Positions 57,078 to 64,000 of a stretch of DNA of 64,000 bases are shown piece by piece (the stretch's first letter is position 1; every line of letters starts with the position of its first letter). The stretch is taken from positions 1 through 64,000 of IMG/VR virus record IMGVR_UViG_3300042484_001245, one strand, 5' to 3'. Under the pieces are notes generated by a model, which saw nothing but the letters and a program-made list of their open reading frames with translations, did not search any database and had not been told where the DNA came from. Source of the DNA: a virus. The position numbers were made by a program, and so were the translations under genes.

Positions 57078-57340
57078 TCGAGCTAATTGGACATTTAGGA
57101 GCTTTTCTGTTGTCGCTGTCGTCTGCGCCTCAGTTGATTACAACGTACAGAACGAAAGATGTGACTGGTCTTTCACTCAATATGTTGCTCTTGTGGGGAT
57201 TCGGATGTGCATTCATGGGAGTTTACGTCCTCTTTACATCGAAACAACTTCCGCTCCTGATCAATTATGCTTTTAATACGGCACTGGTTTTCTCAAATAT
57301 CGTGCTTTACCTCAAATATAAGCCTAATAAAATCAAGTAG
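57074..57340 (+). CDS. PQ-loop/SemiSWEET-like 3-TM membrane protein
   Basis: IG......LS....PQLI.TY.TK.V.GLS...L...G......Y.......PL..NY..N; three hydrophobic helices. Confidence 0.8.
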   Translation: MIELIGHLGAFLLSLSSAPQLITTYRTKDVTGLSLNMLLLWGFGCAFMGVYVLFTSKQLPLLINYAFNTALVFSNIVLYLKYKPNKIK

Positions 57341-57353
57341 TTAAACTACTAAA

Positions 57354-57391
57354 AATAGTTGTTGACAACCAATAGATGTGTTTGTTATACT
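57354..57391 (+). promoter_or_regulatory. sigma70 early promoter TTGACA-18-TATACT
   Basis: -35 at 57362-57367 within AATAGTTGTTGACA. Confidence 0.65.
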
Positions 57392-57425
57392 TATAATACG
57401 GAAACTGTATTGTAAGGTAACGTTC

Positions 57426-59627
57426 ATGTCAAAACGCATATCATCAAAAGAAACACTTGCTAAGTTGATGGCAACGGAAAACATTTTCGTTGAACACGCT
57501 AACGTACCAACGGCTGGTTTCGATCTTATCAATCGACGGTTGCTTCTCCCTAACTGGAAAAACATCTCCGATGATGTGTACACACTTCTGATTTCGCATG
57601 AAGTTGGTCACGCTCTTTACACTCCGACTAAAGAGTGGGAAGATGCTATTCTCAAGTCTAAAGACATGAATCTCAAACAAGTTGTAAACATCGTTGAAGA
57701 TGTTCGCATTGAGAAGATGATTCAACAAAAGTTTCCTGGTACTACTCGTGCCTTTCGTTCTGGATACGATGAGTTAGAAAAGTCCAATCTCTTCGGTACA
57801 AAAGATCGTGAGATTACTTCATACGGATTGCTCGACCGTCTTAACCTTCATTTCAAGATCGGACACTTTGGTTATGCTAACGTTCCGTTCTCTGATAAAG
57901 AACGACCTTGGCTTGATCGTGTGTCAGGCTGTAAATCATTCGCCGATGTTCTCAAAGTAGCAACCGAGTTAATGGAATTCGTTGAGCAGAATCCTGAATC
58001 GCAAGGTGATCCTCAAAAGAATCAAGATGGTGAGGGTGACTCATCTGAGAATGTCCAGATGAGTGAAGACGGCAAGCCTGGTGATAATCAGATTAGTGGT
58101 CAACAGTCACGATCACGTTCAATGCGTGGCAGCCGTTCAGAAGATGGTGAACAAGAGTCACAGGCAGCATCTGGACAATTAGGTGATGACTCATCAAACG
58201 AGAAGAGTCAAGATAGTGATGCCGATGGTGCCAGCTCCGACTCTCAAGAGGGTAATATCTCTGAGACTCAAAAACATTTTGATTCTGCGATTCAGGGACT
58301 TGTCGATAAGTCAATCTCTGATACAAAGTATGCTAACTTTCCTGAGATCCAACTTGATAAGTTGATCGTTCCTTACAAGACCGTTCATGAGCAGATCACA
58401 TCGTTCTACTCTAATTACTACTCCACGATGTATAATCAAGCCTCACAACAGGTTGATCAGTTTCGTAACAGTAGCAAGAATGTTGTGAACCAGTTAGCTA
58501 ATATCTTTGAGATGAAAAAGAAGGCTAAACTTGATGTCAAAGCCCTTACATCCAAGACTGGTAAACTTGACATGAATCGTGTACACTCATACCGCTACAA
58601 CGATGACGTGTTCAAAAAAGTTACTACAGTGCCACAGGGCAAGAATCACGGTCTTGTGATGTTCATCGATATGTCAAGCTCGATGAGCGAGAACCTTGCT
58701 GGTACGTTTGAGCAATTGCTTAATCTCGTATTGTTCTGTAAGAGAGTGAACATTCCGTATGACGTATACGGATTCACTGATTCGTATAGTGCTCGTCGCA
58801 ATCTTCCTGCACACCCAACTAAGAATGGTTCGTTGTACTTTGATCCACACTTCTGTCTCCGTCAATACTTCAGTAGCAGAATGACTGGACCTGAGTTTAA
58901 TCAAGCCCTTCAGAATGTAATATGCCTTATGCGTCACTACTCTGGACAGTTGATGAGTGGTCTTCCTTCAGAAGAGATTCTGAACACTACTCCACTTGTT
59001 CCAGCTATCATGACTGCAATACCTCTTGTTCAGAAGTTTCGTCGTGATTATGGTCTTGATGTTGTCAATACGATCTTCTTAACTGATGGTGAAGACACTC
59101 ACGGACTCTTGTATCACTCTAACACTGGTGACACAAAGTATTTTGCGTGTGACCGTTATGGATTTAACCGTGTTACTGAGAAGTATTTTGTTCGTGATGT
59201 AAAGACTCGTAAGCAATGGGAAGTTAAGAACACGACAAACGATATGCTCAACATCCTTCGTGAGACGGCTGGTGTAAAGACTATCGGCTTTCACATCATT
59301 CGTAAGAGAGATGTACCATACGTTGTTGGACGCTACACAAAGAACACAAAAGAAGAACAAGCACACGTTGAATGCTTCAAGACGAACAAGTTCGCCGAGA
59401 TGACTAACATCCCTGGCTACGATGCGTACTACTTGATTCCTTCTGGATCGAGTCTCAACGTTGGCGATGACGAGTTCGAGGGTAACGTTGACACTACTGT
59501 TGATTGGGACGATGAGAAACAAGCAAAGAAGGCGATGAAAGCCGTTCAGAAAAGTTTCAACAATTTCATGAAACAGAAAGTTACCAGCCGAATCCTTCTC
59601 AACCGCTTTATCGAGCATATTTCATAG
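57426..59627 (+). CDS. metallopeptidase-like/VWA protein (CobT-like partner of the AAA ATPase)
   Basis: HEVGH..T and VN.VED.RIE; acidic linker; MIDAS DMSSSM...TP...LTDGE. Confidence 0.85.
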   Translation: MSKRISSKETLAKLMATENIFVEHANVPTAGFDLINRRLLLPNWKNISDDVYTLLISHEVGHALYTPTKEWEDAILKSKDMNLKQVVNIVEDVRIEKMIQQKFPGTTRAFRSGYDELEKSNLFGTKDREITSYGLLDRLNLHFKIGHFGYANVPFSDKERPWLDRVSGCKSFADVLKVATELMEFVEQNPESQGDPQKNQDGEGDSSENVQMSEDGKPGDNQISGQQSRSRSMRGSRSEDGEQESQAASGQLGDDSSNEKSQDSDADGASSDSQEGNISETQKHFDSAIQGLVDKSISDTKYANFPEIQLDKLIVPYKTVHEQITSFYSNYYSTMYNQASQQVDQFRNSSKNVVNQLANIFEMKKKAKLDVKALTSKTGKLDMNRVHSYRYNDDVFKKVTTVPQGKNHGLVMFIDMSSSMSENLAGTFEQLLNLVLFCKRVNIPYDVYGFTDSYSARRNLPAHPTKNGSLYFDPHFCLRQYFSSRMTGPEFNQALQNVICLMRHYSGQLMSGLPSEEILNTTPLVPAIMTAIPLVQKFRRDYGLDVVNTIFLTDGEDTHGLLYHSNTGDTKYFACDRYGFNRVTEKYFVRDVKTRKQWEVKNTTNDMLNILRETAGVKTIGFHIIRKRDVPYVVGRYTKNTKEEQAHVECFKTNKFAEMTNIPGYDAYYLIPSGSSLNVGDDEFEGNVDTTVDWDDEKQAKKAMKAVQKSFNNFMKQKVTSRILLNRFIEHIS

Positions 59628-59658
59628 GGGGGTAAGTTATTGAAATTACTAGCGTAAT

Positions 59659-59695
59659 AATAGCTGTTGACTCTGTTATCCAGCTATGATATAAT
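59659..59695 (+). promoter_or_regulatory. sigma70 early promoter TTGACT-17-TATAAT
   Basis: -35 at 59667-59672, TG, -10 at 59690-59695. Confidence 0.8.
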
Positions 59696-59735
59696 AGATC
59701 CATATCGTGAAATGTAGTATTGTTTAGGAATGATT

Positions 59736-60998
59736 ATGAATACTAAAAACAACAAACAAGAATTCTTGAATGCGTTTGTAGCTGAGTTCGGTCACTCGGC
59801 TGTAAAACGTAGCGATGTGAAGGACTTTGCTAATCAACGAGGATTCTCTAATCTTCGATGGTTTCTTTCCGACGATTCATACAAGTGTGCTCGCGGAATG
59901 TATGCTGTTCCGTCGAGTATGAGCACTACCGAGTTGACTAACACACAACCAGCTCCTTCGATGCAACCAGCATCTTCTCCACTTGAGAACCTTGGTGTTG
60001 TTCACTCTTTTATCGGTGAACTACCACGAGAGAATCATATTCCAGAAGTTGATAAGCTATTCGTGAAACATGGCGAATTCGATCTCGTGTCTCGCATCAT
60101 CGGCTCAAAACTTTTCTACCCTATCTTCATCACAGGTCTGTCAGGTAACGGCAAGACCTTCGGTGTTGAACAGGCTTGTGCCGCTCATCATCGTGAAATG
60201 TTTCGAGTCAACATCACGATTGAAACTGACGAGGACGATCTTCTCGGAGGTTTCCGTCTCGTGAACGATAGCACAAAGTGGTTCGATGGACCTGTCGTCC
60301 GTGCTATGAAGAGCGGTGGTGTGTTGCTACTTGATGAAGTTGACCTTGGTAGCAATAAGCTCCTTTGCTTGCAACCTGTTCTTGAGGGTAAGGGTATCTT
60401 ACTGAAGAAGATCAACCAATTCGTAAAGCCAGCTCCTGGATTCACCATTGTCGCTACTGCGAACACAAAGGGTCAAGGATCTGAGACTGGAAAATTCGTG
60501 GGTACGAACATTCTCAATGAAGCATTCCTTGAGCGATTCTGTGCCACGTTTGAGCAGAAGTATCCAGAAGAGCGTGTTGAGAAGAGCATCCTTAAAAAGT
60601 TGTTCTCTTCACATGGCCTCAAGTCTGATGTGATAGAAGACTTCATCACGAAACTTGTCACATGGGCGTTTGGTACTCGTAAGACATTCGAGACTGGCGG
60701 CACTTCTGATCTCATTAGTACACGCCGACTCGTTCACATAGTTAATGCGTATGTCATTCTTGGTCATCCAGCCGACGAGACAGACCGCAAGACCATCGGC
60801 GAACGCCGTAAACAAGCAATCGAGTTGTGTATTGCACGATTCGATGAAAGCACCAAGATCTCATTCATGAACTTTTATGAGAACATCGATCCATACTTAA
60901 ACATGGACGATGGCTCAAAACCAGTTGAATCGAATGAGGGTGAACAGTTGGAATCAAAAGAGCACGATATTCTTTCGATTCTGACTAATCAATCGTAA
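59736..60998 (+). CDS. cobS: MoxR/CobS-like AAA+ ATPase
   Basis: GLSGNGKT; RVNIT.ETDEDDL.GGFRL; LLLDE.D; ATANTKG.G; LNEAFLERF; ISTRRLVHI. Confidence 0.9.
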   Translation: MNTKNNKQEFLNAFVAEFGHSAVKRSDVKDFANQRGFSNLRWFLSDDSYKCARGMYAVPSSMSTTELTNTQPAPSMQPASSPLENLGVVHSFIGELPRENHIPEVDKLFVKHGEFDLVSRIIGSKLFYPIFITGLSGNGKTFGVEQACAAHHREMFRVNITIETDEDDLLGGFRLVNDSTKWFDGPVVRAMKSGGVLLLDEVDLGSNKLLCLQPVLEGKGILLKKINQFVKPAPGFTIVATANTKGQGSETGKFVGTNILNEAFLERFCATFEQKYPEERVEKSILKKLFSSHGLKSDVIEDFITKLVTWAFGTRKTFETGGTSDLISTRRLVHIVNAYVILGHPADETDRKTIGERRKQAIELCIARFDESTKISFMNFYENIDPYLNMDDGSKPVESNEGEQLESKEHDILSILTNQS

Positions 60999-61024
60999 TT
61001 GTTCCATACAATACTACATTCCGT

Positions 61025-61059
61025 GCCCCGTTGCTAATTCTGGCAACGGGGCTTTTTTT
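61025..61059 (+). terminator. rho-independent terminator
   Basis: GCCCCGTTGC-N8-GCAACGGGGC then T7. Confidence 0.88.
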
Positions 61060-61071
61060 ATGTTTATTTTC

Positions 61072-61100
61072 TTGATGTGTCGTTTTTAATATGATATTGT
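61072..61100 (+). promoter_or_regulatory. sigma70-like promoter TTGATG-17-TATTGT (extended TG)
   Basis: immediately after the terminator. Confidence 0.55.
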
Positions 61101-61169
61101 AAATGAAAAGTGGGATAACCACTTTATTGATAGAAGTACAATTGTACCATTTTGTTTATAAGGATAATT

Positions 61170-61430
61170 ATGTCAACTAGCACATCTCAAAACGCAAAGC
61201 TCGTTCGTCGTCTTAGCACTGGAAAGAACCTCACTGTAACCGAGGCTCGTGGTAAGTATGGTATCGCTCGTCTCGCCGCTCGCATTCATGAGCTTCGTGA
61301 GGCTGGATTCCCAATCTACACCAACAAGGTTCGTGTAAAGGGTGGATCTAATAAGGGTCGTGTTGTTACAGCATATCGCCTTGCTGTTGATGCTACTCCA
61401 AAGTCGCTCTTTTCTTCTTTCACTGCATAA
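61170..61430 (+). CDS. small winged-helix DNA-binding protein
   Basis: SQ...L...L..G..LT..EA...YGI.RLAARI.ELR..G..I.T; AAGGA RBS. Confidence 0.8.
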   Translation: MSTSTSQNAKLVRRLSTGKNLTVTEARGKYGIARLAARIHELREAGFPIYTNKVRVKGGSNKGRVVTAYRLAVDATPKSLFSSFTA

Positions 61431-61443
61431 TTAAATTGATACG

Positions 61444-61480
61444 AGGCAGCCTAGCTGTTATAGTTAGGCTGCCTTTCTCT
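61444..61480 (+). terminator. rho-independent terminator
   Basis: AGGCAGCCTAGCT-GTTAT-AGTTAGGCTGCCT then pyrimidine run. Confidence 0.75.
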
Positions 61481-61513
61481 TCTCTTTCTATCAATTTTTT
61501 GGAGCAATTTGTA

Positions 61514-62182
61514 ATGAAACTTTCTACTGACACAATCAAGATTCTCAGAAACTTCTCAGACATCAACAACACAATTTACATTCGTAAGGGAAACAACATC
61601 ATCACCGTTGACCCACAAAAGAGAATCGTAGCTGATGCAAGCATTAGTGAGTCGCTTCCTCGTGACTGTGCACTGTATGACCTCAATCGTTTTCTTGGGG
61701 TAACATCTCTCTTTGATAGTCCAGATCTCGATTTTGCTAATGACAAGATCGTTGTAAAGAGTGACAATCGTTCTATCGATTTTATCTATGCTGATCCATC
61801 TGTAGTACAAGATGCTGGTCCAACTCGTAAGAAGATTCCATCTGTGTTTGATGAGAAGTCAATCGTTCAGAAGTTTACTCTCACTGAAGACGACCTCAAG
61901 AGCCTTCGACAAGCAGCATCTCTTCTTGGTCTTACACACGTATCGTTTGTTAGTGATGATGCTGGTCTTAAAGTGATTGCTCAAGATGTATCAAACGAAT
62001 CTCTTGGTAAAGTAACACTTAACGTAGCTGGCGAGTGTACTGCAAACTCTACGTGCAATATGCTTTTTGAAAACTTGAAAGTGTTGCCTGACACATACAA
62101 CGTAGAAGTGTCGCCGACGGTAGCACACTTTGTTGGTACTACTACGGGCGTTCAATACTGGATTGTAATGGAAGCACGATAA
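61514..62182 (+). CDS. gp45: sliding clamp gp45
   Basis: MKLS..T..IL.NFS.IN; YDLN.FL; ADPS; ENLK.LP..Y.V; YWI..E; GGAG RBS. Confidence 0.92.
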   Translation: MKLSTDTIKILRNFSDINNTIYIRKGNNIITVDPQKRIVADASISESLPRDCALYDLNRFLGVTSLFDSPDLDFANDKIVVKSDNRSIDFIYADPSVVQDAGPTRKKIPSVFDEKSIVQKFTLTEDDLKSLRQAASLLGLTHVSFVSDDAGLKVIAQDVSNESLGKVTLNVAGECTANSTCNMLFENLKVLPDTYNVEVSPTVAHFVGTTTGVQYWIVMEAR

Positions 62183-62388
62183 TGGTAGATTTACTCCAAG
62201 ATCCAGAGGGGTATGCTAGACGTGCCATCGCAGCGATAGAGACACAACTCGAAACTGCGGTGAGCACAACTAGAAAAGCTCGACTGACTAGCAAACTAAA
62301 TCAGTGGAAAAAAGCACTGGTGATTTTAAGTGAAGACAATGCCAACAAAGAAGAAAGTAGCCAAACAGACTCAATCACCACAAAGTGA
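62182..62388 (+). CDS. hypothetical protein
   Basis: 68-aa ORF coupled to gp45 (TAATG). Confidence 0.6.
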   Translation: MVDLLQDPEGYARRAIAAIETQLETAVSTTRKARLTSKLNQWKKALVILSEDNANKEESSQTDSITTK

Positions 62389-62593
62389 TTCTACACAAGA
62401 ATTTCTTGTTCTTGGACATTTAATTAAGTACAATATGTACTTGCTTACTAAAGCAGTTGTCTTCTCGGCAGTATCTGCTAAGACTAACAACGTAGAAGAA
62501 GCAGTAAACATGACTCACAGAGTGATGACTGAACTTGACCTCGATACAAAACGTAGAACGGAACAAGATCGGCCTGAAGAAACACTACAGTAG
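62339..62593 (+). CDS. hypothetical protein
   Basis: ORF overlapping the previous gene by ~50 nt. Confidence 0.5.
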   Translation: MPTKKKVAKQTQSPQSDSTQEFLVLGHLIKYNMYLLTKAVVFSAVSAKTNNVEEAVNMTHRVMTELDLDTKRRTEQDRPEETLQ

Positions 62594-62632
62594 TTTTTCT
62601 TTCTCTGTAATTTATTATTTGATTGGTGATTC

Positions 62633-63586
62633 ATGAGCGAAGTCTCGCAAGAGCGCAAACATATCGTGTGGATGGAAAAGTATCGACCTCAAACAGTCGA
62701 TGAGTGTATTCTACCACAGGGTCTTAAAGACACATTCAACGGTATTGTCAAGACGGGTGAGTTGCCACATATGCTGTTTTGTGGCACAGCAGGAGTTGGT
62801 AAGACTACTGTAGCAAAGGCGTTGTGTAAAGCTCTCGATTACGATTACATCCTTATTAACGCATCTGATGATCGTAACATCGACACGCTCAGAACTACTG
62901 TAAAGCAGTTTGCATCTTCTGTATCATTCAACGGTAGACGAAAGGTAATCATTCTTGACGAGGCTGATTACTTGAACCCACAGAGCTTTCAGCCAGCTCT
63001 CCGTGGTGTGATGGAAGAGTTTTCACGCAACTGTTCATTCATTCTAACTTGCAACTTTAAGAATAAGATTATTGAGCCACTTCAGTCACGATGTTCTGTT
63101 AAAGAGTTTAGAATCTCTAAGACTGAAAAGAAGCACATCATCGAAGCGTGTTACAAGCGTATTGTAAAGATACTTGAATCTGAGAACATAGAGTTTGATG
63201 GCAAAGCACTTGCAGCTATTGTTGTGAAGTATTTTCCAGATATGCGACGTTTGTTGAATGAGCTTCAGACATTCAGTAAAGAACACGGCAAGATCGATGA
63301 AGGTATTCTGACGTTTGCTGGTGATGTGAACGTATCACGATTGTACAAGTCACTCAAAGAGAAAGACTATGTACAAGTTCGTGAGTGGGTTGTTGAGAAT
63401 TGTGAAAACGATCCTGCAATCATCTATCGCAGAATCTACGATCATCTCAAGCAGAACATGAAGCCGTCTTCTATTCCACTTGCGATTGTTACGATTGCAA
63501 AGTACATGAATCAACAAGTTATTGATCAAGAGATTAACCTCATGGCTTGTCTCATTGAACTTGGAATGACTTGTGAGTTTGTATGA
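62633..63586 (+). CDS. gp44: clamp loader large subunit gp44
   Basis: W.EKYRP; G.AGVGKTT; IILDEAD; LQSRC. Confidence 0.96.
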   Translation: MSEVSQERKHIVWMEKYRPQTVDECILPQGLKDTFNGIVKTGELPHMLFCGTAGVGKTTVAKALCKALDYDYILINASDDRNIDTLRTTVKQFASSVSFNGRRKVIILDEADYLNPQSFQPALRGVMEEFSRNCSFILTCNFKNKIIEPLQSRCSVKEFRISKTEKKHIIEACYKRIVKILESENIEFDGKALAAIVVKYFPDMRRLLNELQTFSKEHGKIDEGILTFAGDVNVSRLYKSLKEKDYVQVREWVVENCENDPAIIYRRIYDHLKQNMKPSSIPLAIVTIAKYMNQQVIDQEINLMACLIELGMTCEFV

Positions 63587-63996
63587 GCAACGATAACAAA
63601 AACTTGTTGTTTGATTTCATCAACGACCTTTCTCAAAATAAGAAAGATGTTCTTACTGAAGAGAACGAGCGTGAGTATTCTGCATACATGATCAATCGTT
63701 TCTTGTCGATGAACATTACGACAATCATGTATGCAAATGAAATGAACATGAATGGTCATCTGCCAAAGCGAATGCAGTATGACTACTATTTGAATTCAAT
63801 CAAAAAGCAGAAGCGATATTTCAAATACATAAAGCACAAGAGACAAGACGACATTGATGTGATCAAAGAGTATCACGGATACAGTGAAGCACGAGCAAAA
63901 GAAGTTCTGCCAATATTCACTGACGAAGATATTCAGTACATGAAAGATAGGCTTAACAAGGGTGGTGTCAAAAATGGCAAGCAAAAAACAAAATGA
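63583..63996 (+). CDS. gp62: clamp loader small subunit gp62
   Basis: FDFIN.L...K; Y..YMINR.LS....I..ANEMN; QYDY..N.I.K.KRY; follows gp44. Confidence 0.9.
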   Translation: MSNDNKNLLFDFINDLSQNKKDVLTEENEREYSAYMINRFLSMNITTIMYANEMNMNGHLPKRMQYDYYLNSIKKQKRYFKYIKHKRQDDIDVIKEYHGYSEARAKEVLPIFTDEDIQYMKDRLNKGGVKNGKQKTK

Positions 63997-64000
63997 ACCA

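Noticed and set aside
59736-60998. cobS as a cobalamin-biosynthesis auxiliary gene
   Set aside because: Only generic MoxR-type AAA motifs; no CobN or other cob genes in the window
1-64000. Stop-codon reassignment or tRNA genes
   Set aside because: Core genes are intact in the standard code and use TAA, TAG and TGA as stops; no cloverleaf or T-loop consensus seen in intergenic gaps
63974-64000. Start of a possible regA gene after gp62
   Set aside because: Only nine codons visible; synteny alone is insufficient

Overview
This window is part of a large T4-like myovirus genome. The gene order resembles environmental T4-like phages (cyanophage/pelagiphage type) rather than coliphage T4. Essentially all genes are on the + strand and read in the standard genetic code. 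Order: three early hypothetical genes; baseplate (gp5, gp25, gp6, gp7, gp8, a 2.5-kaa DUF4815/VrlC-type protein); a 14-kb accessory fibre/adhesin cluster containing a holin; neck, tail, packaging and head genes (gp13-gp23, gp3); uvsY and uvsW; a ~600-bp repeat-rich non-coding region (candidate origin); gp55, gp47, gp46; ClpP, a DNA methyltransferase and a PQ-loop membrane protein; a VWA/AAA (CobT/CobS-like) pair; gp45, gp44, gp62. gp55-type late promoters (NATAAATA) precede most structural genes. The most unusual elements are: (i) a modular fibre system in which a few modules are shuffled across six fibre genes, one module is also fused to the neck protein gp13, and one member is an ~850-aa acidic coiled-coil protein with its own promoter and a structured leader; (ii) a lysozyme-less gp5 with an EF-hand/dockerin-like motif and a tandemly duplicated unknown C-terminal domain; (iii) two fibre-adaptor-like genes inserted between gp21 and gp22; (iv) the candidate origin, with tandem 22-bp palindromes and a promoter firing into an ACCTT array. 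All family assignments come from motif recognition and synteny; no database searches were run.
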